Source: Podarcis vaucheri (taxonomy: Eukaryota). Taken from it: a stretch of DNA of 64,000 nucleotides. Below, in pieces: positions 1 through 13,789 of the stretch. A program made the position numbers and the translations under genes. The notes below the pieces were generated by a model. That model was not told where the DNA came from. It did no database searches and saw nothing but the letters and a program-made list of their open reading frames with translations. Where the stretch lies: assembly GCA_965113315.1 (NCBI GenBank), contig OZ220372.1, one strand, 5' to 3'. Each line of letters opens with the position of its first letter. The stretch's first letter is position 1.

Positions 1-3000
1 GTTAAGTTGTAGAATCGAGTTGTGGTTGACCCTGACTTATTATTTGGATAGGTTATAACCCCCTAGAACAGGCTGTAGTACTGACACACATTCATCCTGG
101 AACAAACTCTTCCTTCTCCTCTGTTTAATTAAAACTGTAAACATTTGGGGACAGGGACCCTGCTGCTTCTGTGTTCTGTACAGTTTATTGTACACTGTTG
201 AAGCTAAATGAGTAATAGTGACTTCAACCAAGCGGTAGATGTTTTGCATTGGCAAATACCAGAAAAACTTTTCAAGGTTCGGTCATGGTTCCAAGGAGCC
301 CCATTGTATGGAGAGTCAGTGTACTTCAATAAGTACATAAGTTCATGGAATCTTTCTGTATAAATGTTGGGGGTAATGGCAAAAGATTCCTCTTTGTTCT
401 TACTGTATCTGGTTAGTATTATTGCTGGATTACAGTGAAGAGTGCTTCCAGCTATCTATTATTTGACGTGATTAGTAGTTCTTTGGTGACTGGCATGTAG
501 ACATGCTAGCATGCCAGACGTGTGAAAGTTGTACATTAAGTGCCACCCTGGGCTCCTTTGGGAGGAAGGGCAGGCTATAAATTTAATAAGTAAAGTGCCT
601 CAATCTCAATACTTGTTACTGCTAGTTCTGGCAGGATCAGTATGAAGGTAGTTGGTGGGCAAAAAACAGCCATGGCACAGAACAAAAAATGATAGTTACG
701 AACTTCTATGACAACAGGTACCTCTTTTGTGCTGAGAAGCCTCACTGAGGAAAACTGTGTTTCACCCCACAAAACAAATTTTCTCTTGAATTTTACCCGT
801 ATATTTAGACTTTTAATTCCCTAGAGGGGTTTTTAGCAAAATGAACAGAAACAAATATACAACAGTTGGTTGTGCTTCATGGTGATGATTATGAGTTGGT
901 AGACAAACCTTGTGTATGATGCAGGTAGGGGGAAACTGAGCACGCTGGAAACAGAAGGTTGGTTCAGAGAGATGGTATCCATCAAGGGCAGGGCAGCTTC
1001 TCAAGCCAGGCTATTCCAATACTAGCTCATGTACCTTTGATGCTGAAGACAGTGCCATATTTATAGACCAGTGGGTTAGTATCTGGAACCATTCAAGACT
1101 TCAAAATGCCTGGGGCCCAATGTCGTTAAGGTAGAAGGCCTGAATTGGGACTGAATAGTTAATAGGTTGGGGCTCTTTTGAGGGAGGGAGTTTGTTTCAA
1201 ACCCACAGCTTTATTTATTTGTATTTGCTCTGATTCACCTTCTATTCCAATGACTCTTGGTGAATTACAGCAACTGCAGAGCAGCACAACTTCCCCCCTA
1301 AAAACATAACACTTTCCAAACATTTTAAAGTAAGACTCATTTTTAAAGTATGACTCATGGCCAGTGAATTAGTTTAAAGGAGCTACCTTTAAGCATATTT
1401 GAGCGCCTGAGATACTGATGAGAAGAGAAGGTTATTGAATTGCCATTTTCCATCCTGACATGTGAAAGGTGGTGATAAGACTTCACATGTGCAGTAACTG
1501 AATGCTAGAGCCTTGTGGCCATTGAATTAGGTCATGCATTTCTTGAGGTGGGACAGAGTTGATTGCAACTTTTGTTTGTCAGGCGACAGATTGAACACAA
1601 AATTCCAATCAGAAAAACAGAACAAACTGCAACATTATCAACTGTGCACAGAGCAAATAAGAGTACATTTCTGCATTTCCCCCACATTTATTCCTTTTAA
1701 GAGACATTGATTTTGTGATCACCAAATTTGATTTCTGAGCAGAAACCTGATGCAAACCTGTATATTTATGTGTCGCTAGTATTTCAGGGGGTAGGGGCAA
1801 CCTGGTGTAGCTGAAGCAGAAATGACTCGGATGCATTTATTTGGACAGCTTCTCCTTTCCAGTCTGTACTGCTGATACTATAACTGCAATATTTCAAATA
1901 TTCATAGATACCTTCACTTACAGTTCTGTTAACTAAGAAGTCAAAGGTAAGGGAAGAATAATAACCGATTGGATTAAACATTGACTTGAGTGATGACCAG
2001 CTGCAAAGATTCCGCTTACATCATTATAGGCAGCATCAAAACTTTGTGGAGACTTGCACTGTTGCTTTATTGTTAGTTTACTACTGGAGTTATACTGCAA
2101 AGTGCTTCTACCATGGTTTGAGGGGGTTCAGGATTTTCCTTTAAAGACAAAATCCTAGTATATATGGCACATGGTTCCGCCCCTTCCCACTTGGGAAGAT
2201 TGGATAAAACAAGGCAAAATAAAAATGCTAATTCAAATGATGGAAAGTATCTTACCATTTTAGTAATAGTTCTACTTTGGTAGCACAGTAGTTAGCCAGC
2301 ACTTTGCTGATGTGTAGGCAGAATGAAGACAAGTCAAACAAGGTTGTCCATAGTAGAAATAAGTTGTTGGAAAAGGATAGTACAAACTGAAGAACTGAAA
2401 GAGAGAAATAACCCATCTTAAGAATGTATCCTAACTTTCCATGTGCACAACTGTCTTATCTAGTAATCGCTAGTCGAATTTCCTTCTCTGCAAAAGGATA
2501 AAAACATAGCACCACCACTGTTGTTGCACCTCTTCTTAAGAACTTCATGTTACATTTTGCGCATTAACTTTGACTATAGCTGCAAACCATGATTTACAGG
2601 ATTGCTATATTTGTTGGGAGTGAGGTCCCCCATACATTCTCAGTGCTGCTTTGATGTAGGAAAAAAAGTCAGATTTTTAGCAGAAATTGGCTTTAGAAAG
2701 AAATACTGTGTAAGAAAGAAATAGAGTGTAAGGGCTTGTCCAGACCTGTGCTTGTTCCACTGCTTTCCTCTGGGAAAATCTGATATTTACCACTGAATCG
2801 GAGCAAACATCAATTTGGTTTTCTGGGACTGCCGTTTGTTCCAGTTCAGTACTAAAGAGCAGGTTTTTACTGGGGAAAGGGGTGGGGAAAATGGAAAATT
2901 TTAGGCATCGCAAAACTGCTTGGTCCCGTACTTTCTAGACACAGGACAACTGGAAGTGTAGATGAGACCTAAGTGTAGTTGCAGACTGGTTAGAACAATC

Positions 3001-3070
3001 AAAACAATAAATAAACTATTTCCATTTCCATTTTTTCTTAGAGTAAGATCACATTAATAGAATAATAATT

Positions 3071-3470
3071 TTATTATTTATACCCCTCCCATCTGGCTGG
3101 GTTTCCCCAGCCACTCTGGACGGCTCCCAACAGAGGACTAAAAGCAGAATAAAACTTCGAACATTAAACAATTCCCTAAACAGGGCTTCCTTCAGGTGTC
3201 TTCTAAAATTCAGATAGTAGTTTATTTCCTTGGCATCTGATGGGAGGGTGCCACTACCAAGAAGGCCCTTTGCATGGTTCCCTATAACCTCACTTCTCGC
3301 AGTGAGGGAACCACCAGAAGGCCCTCGGAGCTGGAGCTCAGTGTCTGGGCTGAACGATGGGGGTGGAGACGCTCCTTCAGGTATATTGAGCCGAGGACAT
3401 TTAGGGCTTTAAAGGTCAACACCAACACTTTGAATTGTGCTCAGAAACGTGCTGGGAGCCAATGTAGGTC
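3071..3470 (-). mobile_element. L2 LINE 3' fragment
   Basis: (TTA)-rich tail then tatacccctcccatctggctgggtttccccagccactctgg; collinear with the longer L2 copy at 13790-14545. Confidence 0.75.
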
Positions 3471-3711
3471 AGGTTTTTCCTCATAATTTTAAGCAAGGTG
3501 AAAGTGCTATGGAATGTATACTCAGTTGAAAATTGAAAGGCTTTTTTTTGTTCCTTATTTTATTACTTTGAATGGAATATTGAGAGCACCATTAACACTG
3601 TATGTATGCATTTGATGTGTGAGAGAAAGTATATAAATCTATTCAATCCACCAGCTATGTCTCAACATTTAGTTATTACTTTTTTAGCTCAAATTGCAGA
3701 ACAGTTGTGAG

Positions 3712-3845
3712 AAACCTGTGCCTCCCACTTCAGATATTGCTAGACATCATTTCCCATCTTTCCTAACCATTGACCATGTTGGCTGGGGCTGGTGGGAGTG
3801 GCAGTTCAGCATCAGCTAGAGGACCACAGGTTTCCCACTCCTGCA
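3712..3845. mobile_element. Short palindromic non-autonomous DNA transposon (MITE-like) relic
   Basis: Termini gaaacctgtg ... cacaggtttc are inverted with internal dyad symmetry; a related degenerate copy lies at about 6885-7028. Confidence 0.5.
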
Positions 3846-4989
3846 GTGTGAACAAAAGGAAGTTGGGGGAGGGAAGCCTGTTTCATATATAAGCTAGAAG
3901 ATACCACTGAGACTGGCAGCTGGAAAACAATTATATTGGTGGCTTAGAAATGCAGAAACAGCACTTTACGTGAAGGTAGAAAACATGGTGTTTTTGTCCT
4001 GTAGGGATTCAGTAAATAAAACTGGTCGAGATTGTGTAGGCTATCTGTATGCCTTCTGTGCGCTGCTATCATTGAATGCCCTTCTCCTTCTCCCTGCTAC
4101 AGGCATGCATGATCACATGACTCCCAGGGGACACTGGCCAGATATGCTAGTGTCAGAACAAATTTGGAATTCAGCCAGTATCTGAATGACCTGGCGTAAC
4201 TAGATGTATTCTGAATTTAACATAGTTTCATTTTGCCTAAAATGAGAGTTGCAGGCGATTTGATAATGCACAGAGAAGGTTTCCTTAGTTCGTTTCAAGC
4301 CCTCTCTTGCTTCTGCATGTGTTCTTCTGCAAGACTATTTTGTACAGTGGTTCCCTTTGGAGAAAACCAACAGTGATCCTCTGTGCTATGCTATGCTAAA
4401 GCACAATTTCCCTGTCTCTGGGTTACGTTTCTCAGTGTTGCAACAAGCTGCGCTTCTTCAGATCTGTGAGTAGGCATATTATTTGCATCTACAGTGAGGA
4501 TGCTTTATACAGCCTGCTGTATTTTTCATAGTAGGTGTACGGATATGTATTTTGTAATATATGAAGGGCATTGCAGGTATGCAGTGAAGGAACAGATACG
4601 TCGGTTTCCTCGTCTCTTTTTCCTGCAAAATAGAAAACAATCTTGTTGTCTTTCATATAGTGCAAACTACATGTTTGTTTTCCAACCCTGAAATTGATCT
4701 TTTTGTTGGGGAAAAGTAACTTATAAAGCAGAACTGCAAATACAGTACAACCTAATCTCTCTAGGTTGCCAGAGGGAGGAACGTGAAAAATGTCTGAGTT
4801 AAGCAGAGTGCAGTATAACTAAGAGCTGGTGTGTGTTGCGGGGAATGGGGTGGGGATCTTATGATGCAGCCTTTTGGGGATGGTTCCCCCTGGACTCCTT
4901 GTTTCTGGAAAACTAGCATGTCCATTAGAATAGCTCTAGTCCCCCCCCCCCGCCTTTTTCCTTTTATTGTGGAGAACTATTCAGACTGA

Positions 4990-5340
4990 GGGACGCGGGT
5001 GGCACTGTGGGTAAAACCTCAGTGCCTAGGGCTTGCCGATCGCATGGTTGGCGGGGTGAGCTTCCGTCTTTCGGTCCCAGCTCCTGCCCACCTAGCAGTT
5101 CGAAAGCACCCTTAAGTGCAAGTAGATAAATAGGTACCACTTTCTAGCGGGAAGGTAAACGGTGTTTCTGTGCACTGCGCTGGTACTGGCTCGCCAGAGA
5201 AGCTTCGTCACGCTGGCCACGTGACCCGGAAGTGTCTGTGGACAGTGCTGGCCCCCGGCCTCTTAAGTGAAATGGGCGCACAACCCTAGAGTCGGACACG
5301 ACTGGCCCGTACGGGCAGGGGTACCTTTACCTTTACCTTT
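4990..5340 (+). mobile_element. Sauria SINE, near full length
   Basis: 5' gggacgcgggtggc tRNA-like head, body gtgcaagtagataaataggtacc, 3' (ACCTTT)n tail; TSD ATTCAGACTGA at 4979-4989 and 5341-5351. Confidence 0.92.
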
Positions 5341-5635
5341 ATTCAGACTGAAAGTCCTCTGCCATGTTGCTTGGTGACACAGTTCCAGAAGGGCTATACC
5401 ATATGATGATAATTAAAAAAATCATCATCATATGGATTTGGCCATCTAGCCCAACCCTGTAATGTAGGAATCACAGCTAAAGAATCCATGACAAATCAGC
5501 AAACTACCATATATCCTATTCTGTGTTGGTTTCAGCCAATTTTACCAGCATGGGAGTCAACATGTTTGCTTGTATCTTTCATGTGTGGCGTTTTCTGTGG
5601 TCCTCTCCAGCCGGGGAGGGCGTGGTACAAATAAA

Positions 5636-5636
<1 letters not shown>

Positions 5637-5690
<54 letters not shown>

Positions 5691-5691
5691 T
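5637..5691. repeat. (TTA)n microsatellite
   Basis: About 18 perfect units; the source of the poly-Leu/Ile ORFs. Confidence 0.95.
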
Positions 5692-8291
5692 GGACAGCTA
5701 CTGCAGGTCTGCAGGGCCAAGCTGCTTCCTGCTAATCATGAGTGAGAGGAATAATAATGCCTAAGCTGACGTTTGCTCTTCCTCAGTTCCATAGGTGGCT
5801 GATGGTGCAATCCTACACATTTCTACTCAAAAGTCCCACTGAATTCAGTGGTCTGGCTCCTAAGTAAGTGGGTACAGGGCTGCAGTTGGAGGCTTTTCTA
5901 TTTCCTGACCATTATGTAGCTATCAGGGCCAGTGGATTTTTGCTGTGGTCCATGAATTGGAGAGATGAGGCCTGCCTCTGATGTGGGCAAAGGCAAGAGA
6001 TGTCCTTGATTTTCTGCAAGGAGTTTTGTTCTCCTTTGGCAAATGTTGACCCCAGTCATATTTTTGGGTAAACTGATCCAATTTAAAAGTCTCTGTTCAA
6101 GAGATTTTTTGCCTTTCTATGTGGTTCAGATCTAAGGCAGAAGGATTTTAACTAACTGTCTAATCTGAATTTAAACCTTAACATCCTTTTTATGTTCTCT
6201 GTGCAGCAGAGTCATTGTAAATGACTTTTAGTGTTGTCTCCTCACAACTTAGCATTAAATTCTGAAGAATACCTTGTGCATTCTCCTGATTTCAGTATGC
6301 GGACTCTTAAGAAAACCTCTTTTTGTTCAAGAGTGCATGTTGGGTGATGGAAATCATGTGCTTGAGAAAGCTTCATCATCATTCTAAAGTGCTAGAACTC
6401 GGCTGATGTTCTCTGGGTGGCTTTTAGCGTATCCGTTTAATAGCTGTCAAACATCTAATACATCTGAAGCAGCATTTGTGGGAAAGTGCTACTAGAAGCC
6501 CAGTGCACTGGCATGGCAATCTCTGTGGGTTACCACAAATTGGGATGAATATAATTAATGCATTGTTTGAAAGTAGTGATGCTTATGATTAGGGGAGAGA
6601 AAGTGCAGTGTTCTCAACGCTGCTGTTCATACCTTCCTCTCTTGGAAAAGCAGGCAAGGAGTGCCATTACAGTAAACTGGCACTGTGATTATGTGCTTGG
6701 TTTCCATTTGGCATCTTCAAAGCCTTTATTTCTAAAATGTGTTCTGCTGCCTAGCCCAAAGGTTATATAGCTTGACAATAAAGCACAATTGATCCATGCA
6801 AAAGGTTCAGTAACAGTTATGCATCTCCAGGGAGGAGGGGAAAATGCCTGTTTTGACCGGCAGCCACTCTCCCAGGTGTGAGGTGTGGGCTACCCATGAC
6901 CCTCTAGGTGTTTCTGGACTTCAGCTTCCATCATTCCTGACCACTAGCCATACTGGGTGGGAATGATGGGACTTGGATGGAGCCCAAGAACATCTCTACC
7001 CAAAGGCCACAGCTTCAGCTCCCCTGCTGTAAATATTACTGAGTTAGATGGGCCCAAAGTCTCAATTTAAGGCAGCTTCTTATTTCCTAGTGTTTCTGAA
7101 GAACCCCAGAATTTTTTTAAAAGATAAAACATGCCAAAATGCAAAACGTAAAAAGGTAAAAATTAAACACTCGTGCACAGAACCATTACAGTTAAGCAGT
7201 AATCTAGTAAGACCAGTACATTTTATAAAAAACATGTAAAAATCTGCTAAAACCAAGCACTACCACATCAGTTCAAATACCTGCCTAACCTGAGGATTTT
7301 AAAAACGCTTTCTAAAGGTCAAGAGGGGTTTAGCCTTATGAGGCTTGACAGATAGAAGGTTCTACTGATGCTCAGGCAGTTTTAAAAGGTTCGGTCAAAT
7401 GTTAAGGTTTTGATTTGTTAGAACAGCAAAAACACTTTAATCATAAAAACAAAATGTTTTGTTTTGTTTTGGCTGCTGCTATGAAGATTTTTGTTGTGAA
7501 ATAATGAAGTCAACTTAACTAATGTTATTATTTTTTAAAAAAAGTTTTTATCTTTGGGTGTCATTCTGAAACTCCATTGTCAGCTTACAGTTGCAAAACT
7601 AAAACTAATTATTTTAAACAAATTAATATAGATGGTGAAATTTTGCTTTATTTCTACTAAACTGTTGCAGGGTAAGGGGTAAGCAGTCATTACAACTGCC
7701 CTTGATGGCAAGGACGCCTTAATGAGTGGCAGTGAGTTGACTCAGATGGCAGGGCACTTTATTCAGCAAATAGGTGGAGGTGCTCCTTAAGTAACCTTGA
7801 AACAATCTGCCTTGAACTACAGTGAAGGAGGGATGGTCTGCACTAGTAAACAAAGAATGTATCAACTGATACCCATTCTAAAGTTTAATGAGATGTCGGG
7901 GTACAAATCTGCTCTAATATTCTGCAGTTTTATTTTCCTCTTTTTTAAAAAACAAAAACAAAACTGCAACAAAAACACACTTTGTTCTGGTGCCATGAGT
8001 AAGAACCTAGTATTTCAGTTTGATAGCATGCTTCTCTGCAGTTAATAGGATTGTGGGGGGTCTTTTGATCTTGAAAACTTGATCTCATCACTTATTGTTA
8101 CACATTAAACATGCTAAAGAAAATGCGTGCAGATGGTTTCCAGGAGACAAGATTGCTTGCTTCTTCGGGGAGTATGTGTTCTTGTTGTTGAGGAATGAAA
8201 TAGAACTTATCTAGGCCCTTGAAAGACTGTTCGTTGAAAGAGCTCTTTTGGGGGATGGTATATTAAATGCTGTTTTCTTTTTCACTCGCAG

Positions 8292-8516
8292 GGTAACCAG
8301 GAGCCGACAGCCACTCCTGACACGATGGTCCAGCCATTCACAACAATCCCATTCCCACCTCCCCCACAGAATGGGATCCCCACAGAGTATGGCGTACCCC
8401 ACACTCAGGACTATGCAGGCCAGACCAGCGAGCACAATCTGACAATCTATGGGAGTACACAGGCGCACGGAGAACAGAACACGAACACAGCCACCACACA
8501 GAATGGATCTCTTACG
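8292..8516 (+). CDS. RBFOX2: RBFOX2 coding exon (first common exon, 225 nt, phase 0-0)
   Basis: tttttcactcgcag|GGTAACCAG...CTTACG|gtatgc. Translates GNQEPTATPDTMVQPFTTIPFPPPPQNGIPTEYGVPHTQDYAGQTSEHNLTIYGSTQAHGEQNTNTATTQNGSLT, near-identical to the vertebrate RBFOX2 N-terminus (ORF 8325..8573). Confidence 0.97.
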
Positions 8517-8600
8517 GTATGCATAGCAAGGCTGAGCAGTGCAGCGTTACTTATTTCAGATGAGAATGCCTAATCTCTCGCATTTGTATTTTTCCCAAAC

Positions 8601-8606
8601 TGCATG
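8601..8606 (+). promoter_or_regulatory. RBFOX-binding element TGCATG downstream of exon 8292-8516
   Basis: Exact UGCAUG hexamer about 85 nt after the donor; function inferred. Confidence 0.4.
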
Positions 8607-8793
8607 GATAGGACTCATGTGGCAAAAACTAGACATTCAGTCTGGCTGGTGGGGTGGGGAGTACCTTTGCATTCCAAGCTTTATTTTTAATGTCTCCCTA
8701 TTTCCCTGGCAAAAGCTGTGATGACCAAAGAAGAGAATTCCTCCCAGCATTGGAAAGAGAACTGAGAAGGGCAGGTGTTTGTTATTCATCTGA

Positions 8794-8794
<1 letters not shown>

Positions 8795-8826
<32 letters not shown>
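8795..8826. repeat. (ATCA)n microsatellite
   Basis: Direct inspection. Confidence 0.9.
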
Positions 8827-10739
8827 CTCCAGGCTGAATGAATTAAGAAGGTGACAGAAAAATCAAGCCAACTTGTTTTATTCTTAACTAGCTGACCTGT
8901 CCTCCAGTCCACTTTCATGTTGCTGATGGGCCCTCATATAGGGGTCTTTTCACACCCTGCACCCCCTCCCTATATGGATCACATTCTCTTGCAATCTCTG
9001 CCTTTATGCAGCTTGCAGAGGCAGGATTGAATGCAGGATTGATTGGCATCAATGTGAAAGGTGCCTGTATAACCAGTGTGGCTTGGACGTGATGGGATCA
9101 CGATACCCAAGTTTCTAGGTTAACTTACCTGCAAATGTGGGTGTCCAAACTCTTATTGCACCTAATCTGATGCAGCTCAGTTCCTCTCTGCCAGTACTGC
9201 TTGTTTCTATTAAGTAGGATAAAGGGAAGGAGGAGGTGAGGAAGATCCATTCTTCACTCAAAGGGACACAAGGAGATCTGTAAGCTCCTCTGTGTTTTGG
9301 TCAAGATTTAAATGGATCTTTTAAAAGAATGGACCGCTGGATTTGGTGAGCAGACCTGCCAGTTGTGGCTGCCTTTGGTTGTTAAGAATAGGATCATTTT
9401 AGGGGGGAATTTCTAGATTGGGGTGGCAGAAATGAATTGGTAGAGTTTGTTCCTCAGAATGACATAATGTGGTGAAGATTTGAGGGCAGCACCATGATGG
9501 AATTGAGAAATGATGTTGTAGACAAGACTCTTGGACTGCCACAAAGCCATTTACTTTGTTCCCTTTTTGACATGATTCTGTAGTCTCGAACTGGGCAATA
9601 TGCCTGCGGATTATCTAAACGAAAAGCTTTATCCATCTGTTAAGCCACTTGTTAAGTCTTAACTTCCTAATAAAGAGCATTATGGTGGGAATCTAGGGTG
9701 CAAAGGATGGATTTAATCTTTTAATGCTTTCAGTTTTCTTGTAACATAGCTGGCTAATAGCACACACATAGCTCCCAAGTAAGTCCTACATGAGTGCAGT
9801 GGCCTTGAATGGAAGGATATGGTTGAAAATACCAGTTTGAGGTGTATAGAGATGCTTAGCATTAGGTAGCATTTTATCTTTGGTGAGCAGGTGGCATCAT
9901 GGATCAGTACCTTAAAACATTGCTTAAAATAAAATTGCTTAAAATAAACAGTTGACTTGAAAAAGAAGGCATTTTGGCTCATAAGGTACTAAACTAACAC
10001 ATTTAAACCTAATGCTCTTGTTGGAAGCCAAATCCAGATGCACTTAAAGTAGGGCAAAGCATTATTGGTAGCTATAACAAGTCCTGCCTAATGGTGTATA
10101 GTCATACTATCTGCTCCCAGGCTTGAAAGTACAACACAGGTTTAGATCTTTTGCATGGAAATGCTTGATGTCTGCAGTGTGGCAATGGAAGATATGAATC
10201 CTGCAAATGAAATGGGATCTCCTGTATGCCAGTTTTGAGCTGCCTCTATGCGTTTATGTTGATTTCATCTTTGTCCAGACGTTTATTTAATTTAATATAA
10301 TGAAGCAGGGAATGAATAATGGGAGCGTTGACCTTAGTCACCAGCTGCTGCCAAGCCTCCTGTTCCTCTTCCATATTAGGAGGCAATCTCAGTGTACTGC
10401 TTGAAAGAGCACTGCGTCTCATCAGCTAATTCAACTGCTTAGAGAACTGGTGAGAGTGAGGATAGGAGCCTGCACATATCAAGTGGTGAGCTGAGGTGAT
10501 CAGAATGACAGCCTTTAAAAAATATGACAGTTGTACTTGTATTTTGGTGAAGTAGTGAGAGTCAAGCTTGTTGGGAGTCCACAAAGACAAGAAAAGTGCT
10601 TGTTGGAGCCATCACTGAGCAGGGTAAAATATTCCTCCACAATGGAACAAGCATCCCCAAGGAGGTGTAGAATCTCACCCCCCCCCCCAATACAGCATTG
10701 ATAGTGCTGCTGTTTACAGCCTGTTTTGCACATTCTTTT

Positions 10740-10935
10740 GACCTATAAAACCTTAAATGATTCAGGACTGCAATCCTTAAAGGACTGCCACTCTCTATAT
10801 AAAGCTACCTGGACCCTGTTACCATCATCTGAGGCCTTTCTTAATGCGCCTCCTACATGGGAATGGGGCTTTTCTGTGGTGGCTCCCTGTTTGTGGAATG
10901 CTCTCCCCAGGGAGACCCACCTAGTGCCTTCAGCC
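10740..10935 (+). mobile_element. L2 LINE ORF2 C-terminal fragment, degraded
   Basis: Translation contains TYKTLN...FSVVAPCLWNALPRE, the typical L2 C-terminal motif. Confidence 0.65.
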
Positions 10936-13789
10936 TGATGAGATCTCACCTACAAATTTTGCTGTAGGGGAGGGAGAACTCACAGAACTTGAAGGCTCTG
11001 AAGGAGGCTTGTCTGAAACATCTTCATAAATCGTTAGGCTTTATTGCTTTGACTCTTACATCTCATGGTTGTAATCAGTGCAATGTAGTGTGTGTAAACT
11101 GCACATGAGCAGTAAAGCAATGGGGGGTGTAGGTTTCCAGTTTTACCCTTTGAGATGATGGCATTGTTTCCTACCCTTTAGCCCAAGGCCTTGTCATGCT
11201 GACTGTCTTCTCTTTGGCTGTTTTAAGCCAACCCCAAATAGAGAAAGAGTATCACAAGAAAACTACATATTAGGAAAACAGATTTTGTGCATCTCATTAA
11301 TTCAGCCTGACATTCATGCTGGTCTCTCTAGTAATGTTTGGACCCTTAGAATGGAAATTGGAATAGTCCCTGTATATCCTGTGACTGCTATACCTGGCAC
11401 TGGGGGAAATCTTTCTTCTGGAAACACCATAACTGTTCCTTAGCTGCCTGCCAAATCATATTTATCGGAAAAACAATAGAGTAGGTGAGATATATGATGG
11501 ATCGCCAAGTCTGTAGCCTCGTAACTGGTTGAATTTCTGCTTGGTTTTTGAGCCATGAGCCCATCAATCCCCCTGGAAGGATCTTTTATATGCAGATCTA
11601 GGTTTCAGGCACAAGTAGTAGAACAGATCTCAAAAAGAATATTATTGCAGCTTCCCTTGCTTCGTATTTTTTTATCACATGATGTAGGGTTGTGGCTTTC
11701 AGGTTTAATGCCTCTTCAGCAATCTTTGCTTTGGAATTGCTCTGCCAGGGACAACTCAGCTTTAATTATTTTTAAGAATGTGGGACAATTTATCTCCATT
11801 GGTAGAAAAAACCTTGGATAACCACATCCTGAACTCTTTTGTGGTGCTAAAATGTTTTTGTCTTGTATCAGATCTGTCACAAGTTCTCCATTTTTAAAAT
11901 GTTCCTTCAGTAGTTAAATATGTGCCTGGAATCTAAAGTCCCTAGGAGCGAGTTTTTAATTTCCCAGAGATCTTTCCAGAGCAACACACTCTTGGCTCAA
12001 ATTGTTTGACTCAAGTTTCTGTGCCACGCAAATAGGCCTTAAAAACACAGGCCTTAAAAACACTCCTCAGCCAAGATTACAGAGAACAATGAGCGGGCCA
12101 GCAGTTTCTGGAATTACCCACATATAACCTAAGCCATGAAGCTTCTTCAGTCCTAAAGCTGCCACTAAACAGGAGCAAGTCTTTCTCTAAAGCATGGGAG
12201 CCCTTGCTAAGTACCACGGATTTCTTACCACATTAGGAAAGCCAGGGCTTCAGGGGATGAGGTAGACAGTCAGCTAGTGGGCTTTCGGCAGGGGCCAAGA
12301 GCAGAGAGTGATGTAGACATGAAGCCTTTTCTCTCCTCCCCCAATCCATCAAAGTCCCCTGATTTGAGCTTCGGGGGGCAGGTAAGGAAGTGGCTGGGAA
12401 TCTGGTCAAGTGCCACCTGCTCCATATCTCCAGGCCAGGCTTTGCCTGGGCTGCTCTACGCAACCGGCACTTCCTTCCCAGCAGAGGTTGGAGTGCACTT
12501 AGGGAAACGAGGGCTGGCTAGCTGGTCCACCTTGGAGCTTGTGTGCCTTGGAGTTGAAATGAGGAGGGCTGCTAGAGCAGGAGCAAAAGGACAGTGCGCC
12601 TGGGATTAGCTTGGCTCTGGAGCAAGCGGAGGAGGAACGGAGGAGGAGGAGGAGGCAGGCAGGTTGCAAAACTGCCTCCACCACTACTGGTTCCTCCTCC
12701 TCTTTGGGGTCGCCATTGTACCTCTGGCTGGGGTGGCACAAGGAGTGTGGAGCTCGTCTGCCTTGTCCCTCGCTACCTGTTGGGCTCTCCTTGGCACTTT
12801 AACCCTCTTAACCTAGATAATAGCAAAGTGAGACCATAAAGTTTGGTCTTTTCCTGGGATCCTTGACAAAAGACTTGGAGAGAAAGACCTCAGCACATCC
12901 TCAGAGGCACTCTTTATCATCTGTTTGTTTGTTTAACCAGTTATGAGTCTTATTTCAGACAGCCTCATAACCCATTCCCCTCATGAGGGGGAAAAATATG
13001 ATGAAGAGTCAAGAGAAGCAAGGCCTGGTGAGGTCACATTAAATCCCAGTTGTCATCCCTGCCACCCTATCCCCACAGCCACTCTCCTGTATTGCTCAGA
13101 CAACCTCTGGTGTGCTTCCGACTGAACAGTCTGAAAATGCACTCAGGCTTTGCCCTTCGCATTGCCCTTTCTGGTTTGCTCCTTATTTAGCATGTTTCCC
13201 CTTTCAATATTCTCAGTTAGAAACTCTTCCAGTGTGGGGCATTGCCTGGATTATTCTTAATCCAGGCTATGGCTCCACTTTAAAAAAACAGCCAGTTGTT
13301 TCTACCCTAACCGTCCCACCCCCACCCCCCCGGGCCACAACTCCCTCCGACCCCAGTTTATTTACTTTTGAGGTGAGGGGTGGGGAGTGTACTGCAGACT
13401 AACCCAAGATAACTCCACACCAGGGCTGTTCGGAGGATGTCTAGGGGGAGGGTAGTCCAGCATTGTGCGCTCTTCTTTTTCACAGGCTATGTTTATTTAA
13501 TGGCTTCACAAGAGGCTCCACTAGTTTGACTAGAAGCCTTCAAAAATATTAGTATTATTATTACTATTATTTGTACATTCCCAGCTTTCTTATTCTGTCA
13601 GGGACTCAATTCTACATATTTAATTAAATATGTTAATTGTGTATATTAAATAATATTAACCATATTGCAAACACTTTAATTTGCATTGTGGAATTTTAAT
13701 TCAGTGTGCAGCCTGAGGATTCTGTGTCAAAGTACTTTTGAAGCCAACTTACAATTTATTAAATTAGTATACTTTGTACAACAACAACA

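Noticed and set aside
5523-5764. Poly-Leu / poly-Ile ORFs
   Set aside because: Translation of the (TTA)n microsatellite.
1-8291. Search for an alternative RBFOX2 first exon or promoter (e.g. MEKKKMVTQ)
   Set aside because: No matching coding sequence or CpG island seen; treated as intron.
12230-13485. GC-rich stretch with several overlapping 60-110 aa ORFs and GGA repeats
   Set aside because: No recognisable domain or exon structure. Probably a degraded LTR-type repeat, but boundaries and family cannot be supported.
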